Assembly: GCA_951406725.2 (NCBI GenBank)
Contig: OX597816.1
Coordinates: 99,014,001-99,078,000 of the forward strand
From: Octopus vulgaris
Taxonomy: Eukaryota
Reading direction: 5' to 3'
Length of the DNA: 64,000 bases
The position numbers and the translations under genes were made by a program. The notes under the pieces are model-generated. The model was not told the origin of the DNA. It did no database searches and saw nothing but the letters and a program-made list of their open reading frames with translations. Below, one piece after another: positions 12,863 through 26,767 of this stretch. Within the stretch, counting starts at the first letter, position 1. Each line of letters starts with the position of its first letter.

Positions 12863-14630
12863 TGAGAATTTACAAAAAAAAACAAGAAACGAAGACGGGT
12901 GTGTAAGCAACAAACATATGTATTAGTTTAACGCTGGGAAGTGAGAAAGTCTTTTACGTTTCGAGCCTACGGTCTTCGACGGAAAGGAACAGAGAAATAA
13001 ACAGGGAGGAAAAGCAGAAAAATGCTTAGTGCCTAGCGATGTATCATGGATGGTGGGGTTGGAATGTGTGGGGTGGGTAACGAGGGAGGGTGAAGATGAA
13101 GAGAGACGGTGGAATGGAGAAGATGGGTAGGAGTGAAGAAAGGGAGTAGGTGCCAAAGCAAGAGAGAAGAGGTGAGTGGGATGAAGTAGGTGTGAGAGGA
13201 AGAGGGGAGGAGATTTGAGCCCATGTGACACAAAGGATCGAAGAGAGAAGATTAATTACTACTTACACCGAAGACGGGAGTCCGGATGGTCTCTGTGCAA
13301 GGACAATCGGAACATAGACAGGTGTTGCAGAGAGTGACTGGTAAATCGGAAATGGCGTGAGACCGAGGTGCTGTTGCCGAGTCTGATGTCTCGGAGGTGA
13401 ATCGGTCAGCCAAGCGTTGTGCCGTTTGACCGATGTATAGAGGACAGAAAAGGCAGGAGATGCAGTAGATGACATTGCTAGAAGTGCAGGTGAAAGAGTC
13501 AGTGATATTATAGGGTGACGATGAGTGCCTGTGAGGATAGTGGTGTTGGAGAGGTGAGGGCAAGTGCGGCAGCGTGGGCGGGAGCAGGAGAACGAGTCGA
13601 GTTAGGAAGTTGTGTTACGGAAGAAGCTGTAGGCCAAGAGGTCTCGTAGGTTGTGGGCTTGTTTGAAGGATGGGAGGGGTCGGTTAGGGAAGATGTGGGA
13701 AGTGGAGAGGTTGGACTGGAGTCGCTGGAAGGCTCGGAAAATGGTGCGTAGGAGAGGTAGGGTGGTGGGGTGGTAGGTGAGGGGAAACAGGAGACGGGGG
13801 AGGAGATGAGGTCATGGATAGCGGAGGACACAGTCTGTTGGTAGCTGGGTTTGGGACTGGAGGGCAGAGGGCAGTAGAGGGAGGTGTCTCCATGGTGGCG
13901 GAGAGCTTCCGCCTTGTAGAGGTCCGCGTGCCACACCACCACGGCTCCACCCTTGTCAGCCGGTTTTATGATGATGTCCTTGCGGCGTAGAAGACATCGA
14001 AGGGCCGAGAGTTCGGCTGGGGAGATTTTCAGATATAAGGGACGCTTGGAAATGTCAAACCGGTCAACAGCACGCTGACAGGCGCACGCGTAAAGATCGA
14101 CTGCTTGGAATTGGCCAGGAGCTGACATCCACTGTGATGGTCGGCGGCCCAGGTCGGTGAAGCAGTCCTTCTTATTAGATGCAAGTGGAGTGTCGTGGAA
14201 AAGCGCACACAACCTAACGAGGCGCTCAAAGCTGTGAATATCGACACGAGTCCGGAATTCATTGCTGGATGGAGTGAGGGGGATGATGTACAGACCCCTA
14301 CTGAAGAGGTAGAGCTCCGCCTCAGAAAGGAGATGTGGAGGAATGGTAAAAACAGACTGAAGAGAAGGGATGGATGGGACAGAAGTAGAAGGGGTGGTGG
14401 AGTGATCGATGGCTGGGAGGAAGGGGATGAGGGGTATGTGTGTGGGTTGGGAGGGATGGTGGGGGAGCGTATAGGGGAGGAGTTGGAGTAGTGGTGTCGA
14501 GTATGATGGAATTGAGGAGTGAGTGAAGTTTGTTGTTTGGTGTGAGTGAGAAATTAATGAAAGAGATGATTTAAATGAATTATATAACGTAGAGAGAGGG
14601 TGGAGAGAGTCAGACAGAGAGACTGATAAA

Positions 14631-14671
<41 letters not shown>

Positions 14672-14690
14672 TGATCTTCCACTCACTGCC
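12730..14690 (-). mobile_element. Penelope-like element (Neptune-type), RT core deleted, inverted 3' tail
   Basis: Contains IIIKPADKGGAVVVW (pre-RT), LFPLTYHP (post-RT), a CSRPRCRTC linker and the GIY-YIG nuclease FTCTSSNVIYCISC..C.LYIGQT. The 3' pseudo-LTR has a hammerhead-like ccgtcga...gaaac motif. An inverted repeat of about 74 bp lies at 12730-12803/12858-12932. Confidence 0.9.
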
Positions 14691-15029
14691 TTTGTCTGAC
14701 AGTCCTTAACTTTTAAGCTTGTTTATGTTTTCGTTCATAGCATAAGTTAAAATAGTTTACACCTCCTTCAGCGCTTTTTATATACATGAATAATTCCACC
14801 AATACAACAGAATGACAGTAGCCAAATATAATTCCAATATCACTTTAATACAGTCCTGTTGATTGAATAACAAAATTACGTAATTGCCTAAACAGCGCAC
14901 TCCCAAAATTGTTTTCAGTTTTCTCTTGCTCTCCCCATTTTCAAATCGTTGCCTAACGTCTTCTCATTTTCTTTTTGGTCTTTCTACACCCAGTTTTCCT
15001 TCTACTTTTCCTTCTTCTTCTTCTTCTTC

Positions 15030-15070
<41 letters not shown>

Positions 15071-16203
15071 ATTATTCCTTTTCTTCTTTTTCCTCATCAT
15101 CTTTCCTTTCCTCATTATCATTTAATCATGATTATGATCATCATTATCATCATCACCATCATCATCCACATCATCGTCGTCATCATCATCATCAAAATCA
15201 TTATCACTGAACTGCGGTGATTTGGTGCACCGCCTTCACGGATTTTAGTGGAACATGTATGTATATGTGTGAGTGTATGTGTGTGTGAATGCATATGTGT
15301 ATGTGTGTGTGCTTGTGAGTGCGTATCTGTGTATGTATATGCATACATTAGAAAAGAAATCCAAAAGCTGTGATATCTACGTTTAAAAGTTTATACAGAC
15401 CATAGGAAACAGAATACTTCAAAATCTGGTTCCGAGACACAATTTTCACATTGATTAAACTTCATATGTATTATATGATGACTATAACTTCATTTTGCAA
15501 CCAGATTTGAAGTCTTAAGTATGATTTTCTCAAACGATATTGATAATATCTTATTCTTCATGTAAATTACATTTTCAATAATGAGATATGCAACATCGTT
15601 TCTGCTGAAAACGAGGATCTGATTGAACATATTTACAGCTTCTGTCAGCATTAAAGAGAAATGATATGTGAAGATCTCTGCAAAGTTTTGTACACAACCA
15701 GTTATAATCAACGTGTTATGCATTCATTTTAGTTCCTTGTGACCTGTGAATTTATATCTGACGCAAACCTAATTTAAATTTATATTAAATGTAAAGCGTC
15801 CATACACAATGATGAATGCCTCTATTTACGAATAGAAGAAGAGTGAGTTTTGCTAATAAAAATGCAGCCAATGTCTAATTAATTATTTTATTTGTGTTAT
15901 AAATACTCTGATTCACTTCTTTAATTCGTTTCTCGAAAGGTTTATGCTAACAGCAAATTATTAATGCACAAATTTTCATCTGAGTCTGAAACATTTCTGC
16001 TTAAATCACTATAATTGCTTAGCATTTCTAGCATGAACTTAAACAATTATTCTAGCGACAGAATCTGCAATATTTGACAGATATGGTAACAACTTTCATT
16101 AGAAATGGACGTTTTGATTTCAAATCTCATCCTTAGAAATGGAGATATTTAGTAATAGAATAGCAGGAATTAAAACTTACTGCATAGCTACCGTTAAAAG
16201 TGA

Positions 16204-16485
16204 AGGCGCGAGGCTTAGTGGATAAAGAAAGGTATTTGGCTCACGTGAGTTCTATTCCCGGTGGCTTGTGTTCTTGAGCACTTTATTTCACGTTGCTCCG
16301 TACACACAGCTGGTAAAAGTTATTAGTAAGTGTAGTTCAAATGGCCAGCCTTGTCACATTCTCTGTCACACTGAACCTCTCCGAGAACTACGTGCTCAGC
16401 CACTTGCACCTTGATTTCACGAGCAGATTGTTCTGTTGATCAGATCAACTAGAGCCCTCGTCGTCGTAACCGACGGAGTTCCAGT
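16204..16485 (+). mobile_element. tRNA-derived SINE (family 3)
   Basis: A-box-like ggcttagtgg, B-box-like gagttctattccc, and a 3' tail gtcgtcgtaaccgacggag. Confidence 0.6.
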
Positions 16486-19400
16486 CTGAAAAAAGTAAAA
16501 ACTGCATGCTAAGCTTCATATTTTTTATTTATCTAAGCAAAATTTATGCTATATGCTAACAAAAAATACCTAAATAGCATATTTTGTCATTCATACAAGT
16601 ATTAGTGTAAACATCAAAGTGAATGAATTGATTTCAATAATCAATTTGCATCGCAATTTCTGGTTATTGGAGCATTTCTTTATCATTGTTACGGTTTGCA
16701 TCTTAAACAAAGCTTTCTTTTAAACAAATACCAAGATCGGGAATATTAAGTAGAACGTAAGTTTTTAGTATATAGTTCGTACTTTTTTTGTCCAGTATTA
16801 TTTTTGATGTAAATGAAGAAAAAATGCTTCAATTCTTCGCAGTTTTAATCTTGCAACACAAATCCCAAAGAAACTTGTTTCTCGCAACGAGACACAAATC
16901 ATCTATATCTTATGGATAGTTGAAAATAGAATATTTGTGATGTTCGTACATTTACCAATATCATACATATAGCAAGGTTAATTGACTTCAACTTTGAAGC
17001 GAATTCAAGCCGAGGAGTCTCTTCGATGCGTAACTTGATACGGACACCAAACTGAAATGGTGAAATATCAAACATTTAATAAAAGGAATATGATAAAGAC
17101 AAAAAGGTACCGTTATCAGCAAAATGAAATTGCTTTCACGTAAAATCGAATTCATGACACCGTGTCATATTTTTCTTTGTTTCATGAAAGTGAAGGAAGA
17201 GATCCCGATGTAAAACGATACACAATTTACATAACATGATGTTTAAAACTGAACAAGATTGCTATCATCTGAAAACACAGCCTCTTTGACACAGAAAGAT
17301 GCTCTTCATAATAGCTAACTTGTCTTTCTGAATCTCTTTTAAGTTCCTATATTTCTGATCTGATACTGGATACGTATGAGCGCTATACAACGCCACTGAA
17401 ATGTTTCATGATACCGCGAAAATATTTCTTACTTTCCCTCAGCCCTTTTAACGATTAATGTTTGATCTGTAGTTTTGAAATAGGGAAATAACGCAAGTGA
17501 AAGTGATGTGCTAATATAATTTACTTTATCAATGCATTTATGTGTATACCCATCTTACTGCAACATTATCTAAAATTCTGAATATATATCTTCGCATGAA
17601 TGCTTGTATTAGTGTGTCTGTGCCTTTGTCTATATGCGTTTGTGTGTGTGTATCTGTTTGTCTATGTGACTGTGTTTGTGTTTGTGTCTGTGTGCGTCCG
17701 TGCGTGTAATTATTTTATGGCTGTCAGCACGCATTTGACTAAAAATTTAACTCTTTTTTTCATGTTTCTCTTCGTTTAACAAGATAGCCAAGACTCGGTC
17801 TCTCAAAACACTGTAACAATAGAAAATGCAGCGGACAGTTAACTTTCAACTGCTCTCCCTCCCTTATACTATACATTCGATAAATCTGTGATCGAAGTGG
17901 TGTCATTTCATTGCAGTAGAGGAACTAGAAACCCCGACTGTCGCAACAATAAGTTCCTCCGTCTGCTTATGGTTTCAAATCATGACTTTTCACAGTATCC
18001 GTTATTGTTTACAAAGAAATGTCTCACAACCTTCTGAATCAGTGACTGCCACTTTCAGAACTAAAATTCATCTAGTATATAAAGTTATATATAGAGAGAT
18101 TTCGTCTAGTATATAAAATAATGCTGTGCGCGAAATTATATTTATTGTGTGCAGACGATTACTGGAATTGCCTAGTGACTTTTATTAAATGTATTTATTA
18201 AATATTTTACAATATCATTGCCTTCTATTAATGTTACAAACAGGAAATCTAATATTGTTGTAGTGTGCGATGAATTAATTCCAAGAGAAAAAGCCTACAG
18301 GGGACTTAAAAGACATGTTTATCAGAAATACGTTTCAAGTGAATTCAGCAACCTAAAGTAATGTCTATAATTTCGATTGTTGTACATTGTAGAAAAATAG
18401 AACAAAACATTAAAAATATTGAAGCTGAGGTGTAGAATCAAGCATAGGATTGGTAAAATATAATTGAAAGTCACAAAAGGATTCGAATTCATTTGAAAAA
18501 GCAAATTATATAGCGACACTTTTATACTTGTTTTTATACTAGTATAACGCTTTGATAACGATGCTTAGCTTATGACATTGAGATATAAGGACCTTTTATA
18601 AATGACATGGTGAGGTATGTTTCTGCAAATATGAGTGAGCAATATTTTAAATGGAATCTTCGTTTTCGTTTTAACATACAGAATGAATGAGATTGCGAAT
18701 AATTTCCATTTTTTTTTTTAAAGAGTACATATTGTGTGTGTATGTTTGTGTAAGAGATTAATAAAATATGAGTTGAAAAGGTATGTTCAAATCCCTGCAA
18801 AGGTTTCGTTGAACTGGCTGTTAGATAGAGTTACTTGATAAGACTTGTTTTAATCTCAAACTACAGTCCATCTAAGTTTTCTATCTGAGTTTTTTTTTGC
18901 AGTGGATTTTAACATATCCTATTAAAACATATCTTACACATTTCTTACGCACATGCACATCTCTTACACGCATAAACATCCCTTACACACACAGAGGCGC
19001 ACTCAAACATGCACACACTCACACATACACTGACACACATGCACACTGACACACGCAACGTAATACACATACATTTTCACACACAACCAGAACTCTGCCT
19101 TTTGTTGAATTATACGTTATCGGTCTGACGCCTGATGACGTATTCCATGCATTAAAATCGAGCATATACCACAAAATGCGAAATATGCTCTCACTGTCTA
19201 ATCTTCCTTTTCTTTATTTATCTCTCTCTCTCTTTCTCCCTCTCTCTCTCTCACTCGCACACCTTCTCTGTATGAATATATGTAAGATTGGATAAGATTC
19301 AGACAGTAACATCTTGATAATGTGCGTTTAAAGTAATATTTAACTTCACTTCAATTAAACATTCAAATAACTTATTGATAACGTATATTTTGTTGGTAGC

Positions 19401-20113
19401 TTGCCTCACGTTGTTTTCAAAAGTATGTATAAACATCGTTAGTAGATTTGGGTACTTTTTGAGGCTTCCTTCAGTTTGAGGACATTGCTAAACAGTGCAA
19501 GGCCTGCGGGATACATATATTGAACGGAATGCTAACATCAATATCATAATATTCAAGGATACTGTATTCGCTGAATTTGTAGAGGATAAACAGGGTGACA
19601 GTTTTATCATGATACTCGAAATTGAAGGTACGGTTTATTTTGTTAATACAGTAATTGACATGTGAGTTTTAAGAGGTGTTGGAGAATTGAGCATAGTGCC
19701 GTTTTTTATAAAAATATGTACAAGGACCAATGATTCAATATCATATGTTTTGCGATGATACGTCGCCTAAGTGTACAGACATGAATAATAGTTAATTCAT
19801 AGCACATTGTCAAACGAATCTTATGTTTAAAATTGGACGTGTGAATGTCTGGCATATGTTTAATTTATTTCATCTTCCACCAAATAGAATTTTTATAAAG
19901 TAGCTACTATTTTGCTTTCATTTGTCCATCCACTTCTCTATAAACAGCATCAATATTAAATTCAACTACATATTTTATACCCATACATTTCACCATTACG
20001 CCGCACATACACATAAACACACAAAAAATCATACAAACGCACAAACACTTACTTAGATACATATCTTCAAGCACAAGACAAAGATACATACGAATCTAAT
20101 AAAAGAAATAGGT

Positions 20114-20152
<39 letters not shown>

Positions 20153-21248
20153 CATGTAGCATATACCCATATACTAACAAGAATAAATATGCGTAAAAGG
20201 CAAAATATGTGCATATATTAATTTCATTTACTATGTAGAATATCTATATTCTATTACCAAGTAATCATAAGGTAAACATTTGGCTGCGAGACATCTACAG
20301 AAGCCGTCGCTCTCTGACTGGACAGACCGAATTAAATTATTGTGTGTTTAACCACAAAATATATTCATTTAAATAATATTACCAAAATCTTACAGTTTTT
20401 AAGTGTATTGTAATCAATCTATTCGACAACAGTTCATTTATCAAAATCGTAATTCAATCTTAGTACCTTTCCAATATATAATCTTTCAATATATTCATCA
20501 TGAATCAAAACTGCTACTTCATGTTTGAAACCTTCAAGACAGTTGTAATTTAGAATGTAAAATCTCCCCTTCACGATCTCATTTATAATTTTAGCCTTTC
20601 AGTTCCTTCTTTTTGCAGTTTTTTTTAACTCTTCTTTCAAAATAATACATTTCATTCTGCCAAACTAATCTCTTCGCTAGACCACTTAATGTCACTCATA
20701 GACTGGCGCTCAAAATGAACTTCGAAGTTGTTAGAAAATGTAACTTAATTGTTACCAAGAAATTATGGGTTACGATTGAACGTTGCACAGTTCTATATTT
20801 TGGTAAAATGTAGAAATAGTTTTGTAATGATGGTGTCTTATTGAAGAAGCTTTATTTAATCGCTGAGTTATTGAAGAGATACGGCTTCAAATTAAGTAAT
20901 GAAATGTTTTCTGTTCAATTTCCCGAAAGAAAGAGCTTCCACATTGGAACTCAAGACTATTCCAGAAGAAATGCTATTATAATATAATCAAACAGAAAAT
21001 ACTAAGGATACGAAAAATGACTGGGGCTGAGTTTCTAAACTTATTATATCCATTTATAAGGCATGCAACTGAGAATGTTGATAAATACATAATTATGATC
21101 ATTATATGAATAATGACTAAAATGTAAAAACAATTATCGTTAGCATTATGCATGAATGCAGTAAATACATTTGGTTTGGTTTGAATAGGAATGATTGCAG
21201 TCTCAAGTACAACTAACAACAACAATAACAAAAAACAACAACAACAAC

Positions 21249-21560
21249 AAATTTCGAACCTGGGTTCTCATTCCTAAGGTATTTTTCGATGTTATTATTA
21301 TTATCATTATTTTTCAGGCCACTACTTGAAATCGAACTCGGAATCTTGGGGCTAGTAGTCCACACTTTTAACTCTAAGATTCCGAGTTCGATTCCAGGTA
21401 GTGACCTGAATAATAATAATAATAATGGTAATAACATCGAAAAATACCTTAGGAATGAGAACCCAGGTTCGAAATTTCCCCAAGACACCTGAAGAAGGAT
21501 GAGGACAAATATCCGTCGAATGTAAATAATATACATAATTCCTCATCTCTTAAATATAGA
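21249..21560. repeat. 229-bp fold-back with tRNA-like core, followed by a degenerate hammerhead motif
   Basis: Perfect 49-bp outer arms (21249-21297/21429-21477), (TTA)/(TAA) spacers, and imperfect inner arms with gagttcgattcc. Followed by cctgaagaagg...tccgtcgaa. Confidence 0.9.
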
Positions 21561-21564
21561 ACTG

Positions 21565-24290
21565 TACAATACTCTTAACTGTAATGTAAATGAACTAACC
21601 AAAATAGACAGAAAAGCAAGAAATTAATTACGAGATTTAGGATGCACCACACAAAATCTGACATAGAAAGGTTGTATACACAACGTATCGAAAGTGGTAC
21701 CGACCTTATACAGCTAGAAAACTATTATAAAATAATCACCATCGGCTTACAGAAATGCCTACTTCAGAAACAAGGAAAACATACAATTAACCACAAAACA
21801 CGGGTAAAACAAAAAACTTTTTTCTATCTTTAAGGTCATAAAACTAACTTGAGACAACATAATTCGATCCTTGAGGGATACAAATAATGGAAAAAGAACT
21901 GTGAGAGGAAGTCACTAAAGAGTACAAAAGCAGAATTGGGAAGGTACTGGAAACAAATTTAAGTGGAGGGAACATTATCAAAGCCATAAATTCATGTGCT
22001 ATGACAGTATTGAGATACTCTGCTGCCTTTCTGAAATGGACGACGATCGATCTGCAGAACTTAGACAGAACAACCAGAAAACCGCTAACAATGCACAACA
22101 TAATCCAAATTTATAGTGACCAACTCTATATCATGAAGGGAAGGTGGTAGAGGATTATTAAACGTGGAAGTCACGATTAGTACTGCAATAATGGGGTTGA
22201 AAATATGTTGTAAAGAGTAAAGAAAAGATACTTTCGGCAGCCAGTGATAGCTGCTCTCAGTAATACAATACTGGAAGTTACTCATCTTAAAGAGAAGAGA
22301 TGATTACTATTATTGAAGTCATGCAACAGAGGTAAACTGGAATCAGAGTTTGGGAAAGAGAACGAAGTTATTCTGAGACTTCAAACTAAAGACATCACAA
22401 TGTTGAATTATTTGATGTAATCTTTTGTCTATGCTACAACAGAATGAACAGGGATGTTGAAGTAAAGGGGAAATGAACAACTATTCTGCAAAAAGAGAAT
22501 CAAAGGAAGCACTGATAAATGGAGAAAGGATTCTATTAAAATCTTGAAAGACGAAGAAATATGTGATTGACACAAAGTGAACAGAACCACATGAATAAGA
22601 GATACTAACTGGAAATTTTAATGTCTCAGACATGTTAAGATAAAAGATCAAAGTAGTGAAGGAGAATTAAGTTCAAACGATATTTTTTTTAAGTGGGTAC
22701 AGTAGAAACAAAACCTTTTAAACTAACATAAACGGAAAGATTGGGTATGCTGATGAAACAAAGACAAAAAAAAGGGGGCAAAGACAGAGTTACCTAATCC
22801 CAGAGAAGCAACTTGTTTGTAGAGCGAGATCCGGTCGGAGAAAATCAAACACAACTAGAGAGCTACTTTGCTTGAGGAAGTGGAACAGGAATTTAGTAAC
22901 ACGAGAGTTACAACTCTACCTGAACTTCTTAAGCGATATTTCAGGCAGAGTACAAAACACTGGCTAAGTTGTATTCTAAGCTACAAGAGTTCCTGTACGA
23001 CTGAGTGTGCCAAGAATGTGTATTGGGATGGGTGGTCAGAGGCAGAACAGTAATGATCTAGAAATATCCAGCTAAGGGAGCCGAAACTAATAACTACCAC
23101 CCGATCGGTTGCTTTCCTATCATATGGAAACTGGAATAATGAGAGGAAACCTGTATGAAAACCTTGAAAGAAATGAACTAACTGATAAACGTAAGATATA
23201 CAGAAATTATTCACAGGGAACAAAGGATTAGTTGCTTATCAGTAAGGAAAGAACTGCCAGAGAATGTTATCAACTTTTCAGTGACTTGATTACAGAAATG
23301 CATAAAACATGGTATTTAACTCACAAGTACTGACATGCCTGGAGATAGATGGGTCAGCTAAGAATATATCTTCATTCCGCAAAAGTATCAGGAACTTTGC
23401 CAGTTTTGACAGCAGGAGAAAATGTTCTTGGAAAGGCCACAAGAATTCTGGATTTGAAGAAGTGGGCTAGTGACAGCATACAGACCATGAGACCGATTAA
23501 CCAATTACTATTTATGGATAATCTGAAGCTTTTAAATTTAGCGGAGATCAAGTTGAAACACTTGTTCAAGTTACTGGAATTTTCTCAGAAGGCATCCAGT
23601 TATCCTTTGGTATCGTTAAATGCGCAATACTTGAAGGAGAGGAGGAAAATAAACAACAACAGAATAGAACTTCCGGACGAAAATCATTTTAGAGAAGTGG
23701 ACAGAGAATGATAATATACTTCGTTAATTTACAGTTAGAGGTGACGATGGAGAATAATATGTTGAATCAAATCAGTGTAATAAAAGTGCATGGAAATACT
23801 AAAATACCGCCCTTTTTCTGCCTGTGCTCGTGTGTGTGTAAGTGTGTGTGTGTGCATATGTGTGTGTGAGTGCGGGTGTATGTGAGAACAATAAAACATT
23901 ATTATGAAACTTACTAAAATGCAACTATAGAAAATATTTCTATGAAATCTAGTCGACAGAAAAAGATGTTTAAAATTCAAAAGCTGAAGAGATATTTCTG
24001 AAATATACGAATAAATAATAAGGAGAAAAATAACTTCGTGACTGAAACATCCGCAAGTCCATTCAAAAACGGTATGTGCAAGAATTAAAGCCAACAACGG
24101 CTCATGTGTGGCTAGTTAAACTCAGAAACAGAAAGTCTGATTTTTACTGCAGAGGACCAATAATTAGACACAAAAGACTACAAAAGTAAAATAATGAAAG
24201 AAAGATAACATCAAGTGCAAACAATTCCGCTTGCACAATAAGACGACGGAGTACATTGTTACCAAGATACATTTTGTGATGCAATATCAG
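21565..24290 (+). mobile_element. Mosaic of decayed R4/Dong-type LINE fragments
   Basis: Reads KIDRKARKLL..MHHTKSDIERLY; then LSGGNIIKAINS..VLRYSAAFLKW..LDRTTRK..GGRGL; then INQLLFMDNLKL (RT FMDD); then LIFTAEDQ. Confidence 0.75.
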
Positions 24291-24317
24291 TGTCCATATT
24301 TAAGTTGCCAAAATCGT

Positions 24318-24510
24318 TACCGTGCCGGCAGAATGCTTAGCGGTATTTCATCCGTCTTTATGTTCCAAGTTCAAATTCTGCCGCGATTGACTTTGCCTTT
24401 CATCCTTTCAGAGTGTTTAAAATAAATACCAATTCGGCACTGATATCAATTTAATCGGATTATCCCGTCTTTGAATCTTGCTGACTATGTGCCAAATTTT
24501 GAGACCAATA
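24318..24510 (+). mobile_element. tRNA-derived SINE (family 1)
   Basis: gccggcagaatgcttagcggtatttc...gttcaaattctgcc...gcctttcatcctttc. Confidence 0.8.
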
Positions 24511-25729
24511 TTAGTGCCTAAAAATGAATATATAGTCCAAATATGATTCACTTTCGTAGATCGAGCTAATTTCTTCCCAAATAAATGCATTTAATAAATG
24601 TTCCTGTTAGCAACATAGATTCCTTATTTGTGTTGGGAAAAAAAAGTAAAGTGGATTGAAATACTCAAATATACACAGAATCAATTTGCATATTTGAGTT
24701 CAACATGAGGCAATAATGAACAGGTTTTTCAGCCTGTGTTGTACCATTTCTTTTACATTTTGTCACGTTTACTGCCATGTCGTGTAGTAAAGAAAATTGC
24801 ATTTATATAATTATAGCAATACTAACGATTATTTAAAGCAAAATCTAAACACTGATCTTAACAAATTAGAAGCACTGGGATACTGAAGACTGTCTTGTGA
24901 TATACGAAATCAGAATAGAAAATGAAGTCTCGAATGAACATCACTTTTTCTGTACCATATGCCTCTTTCATCTACCATAATACTGGCAATAATAATAATA
25001 ATGTGATCATATACAGCAATCGAGGATATGCTAAAGAAATGATAAACAGTCATCTTCGAATAATACAAACATGACGTCAGCGTAATACAAGAAGAGTTTC
25101 CGAACAACATATTATTTTCTAGTTATGAAAGAAATCTGTCTCATCGATTGCTTACATAGACAGAAATACTAAATATCCACCTGACATACGTAGTCACGTT
25201 AAATGTACGTTTTTAGTAAGCACGCATCAAAAGCAATATCTGAAAAAGATTAACTCACAATTTTATAGATCATGCTTTTACCCAAAATATCATTGTAAGG
25301 TATTACATTTGCTGACTATAAGACACACGAAGCTGCCTTGTATGACCCGTTAGAATTAGCCGTGTATATTTCATTATAATCACATCTACAAGATGGTAGG
25401 AAACTTCTGACAAATAACTTTCAGAACAGACAAGATGGTACCATTGATTATATATCTACACAGTCAGACTTAAAACCACAAAATATCAACAAAAACCACC
25501 ATTATCAAAAATATCTTTCGAAACAATAGAAATAAGAAATCTTGAAATTATATTGGTGCTACAAACAAAAGAATAGAAGGGAAAGTAGGGAAAGCAACAT
25601 CGAATAGACAAATTTATTAGAGCTCGATATTGTTTTATTTATATGGCATTATAAAATGATATCCGCACCTACAACTTTCCTTCGCCATTAAATAACAAAA
25701 AAAAAAAAAAAACATTATAGAATTGCTAT

Positions 25730-25966
25730 ATTAAAACACGCTGCTTTCCAAACACATGGTTCCATGTTCAATCCCACTGCATAGCATTTTATGCATGTGT
25801 CTTCTTGGGCCGACCAAAGCCTTGTGAGTAAGCTTTGTAGACCGAAACGGAAAGAAGTCCGTAGTGTATATATATATTTATAAATACGTATATGATAACA
25901 ATAATCCTTCGATGGAATATATAAACATCTAATATATATATATATGTGCGTGTGAGTGTGTGTGTG

Positions 25967-26035
<69 letters not shown>

Positions 26036-26270
26036 AGAAGAGAGGGATTTCTGAGCTTGTGTGTCACTGTGTTCGTGGTGTGTGTGTGTCCCACCAACGC
26101 ACGACAACCGGTATTGGTGTATTTACAGCCCCGGCCCATAACTTAGAGGTTCGGCAAAGAGACGGAGAGAAAAAGGAGACTTTATAAGAAAAAAGTATGG
26201 TGGTCGAGTAATTCGACTAAGATACGTCAAACCGCGCAGTTTAATGACTGAAGGAAGTGAAAGGTAAAAT
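25730..26270 (+). mobile_element. tRNA-derived SINE (family 2) with internal (TA)/(TG) microsatellite
   Basis: Homologous to 33845-34258: gttcaatcccactgc, gggccgaccaaagccttgtgagt, taacttag.ggttcggcaaaga. Confidence 0.75.
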
Positions 26271-26656
26271 ATAACTTAAAATGAGTAATCTTGCTACACA
26301 CAGGTAGAGAGAGAGTATTTTAGCTGATATGTCTAACAATGTAGGTGTTTCTAACAACCTCGTCATATTTATGACAATTATAGTTTTTCTCTTGGGTAAA
26401 ACATTGCACGCCGTTGCGTATATTAATTGTCTGTATACACACTAGCGATTCGCTAAACCATCTATAAATGTTTTATGGTGAAAACACTTGTACTGACAGA
26501 GATTTCAGTCCGAAATCAGCTGAAGTTAAGCAGTCCTCACTGATTAGGCAACGGAAATTGCCAAAAGTGAAATATCAGTATAGGAAATCCCTGATCGCTG
26601 TTATGTGTGTGCGTGTGTGTGTGTGCATATGTATATATATATACATATATATATAC

Positions 26657-26736
<80 letters not shown>

Positions 26737-26767
26737 GCATACACTCGCACACATATACACGCACACG

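Noticed and set aside
13508-14686. 392-aa ORF as a host protein gene
   Set aside because: It is a deleted Penelope ORF starting in a (CT)n tract, with an out-of-frame tail.
19128-19160. Isolated CTGATGA hammerhead core
   Set aside because: No convincing stem II, GAAA or stem III follows it.
21340-21410. Functional tRNA-Lys gene
   Set aside because: Only the anticodon-loop-like and B-box pieces are present; no complete cloverleaf could be built.
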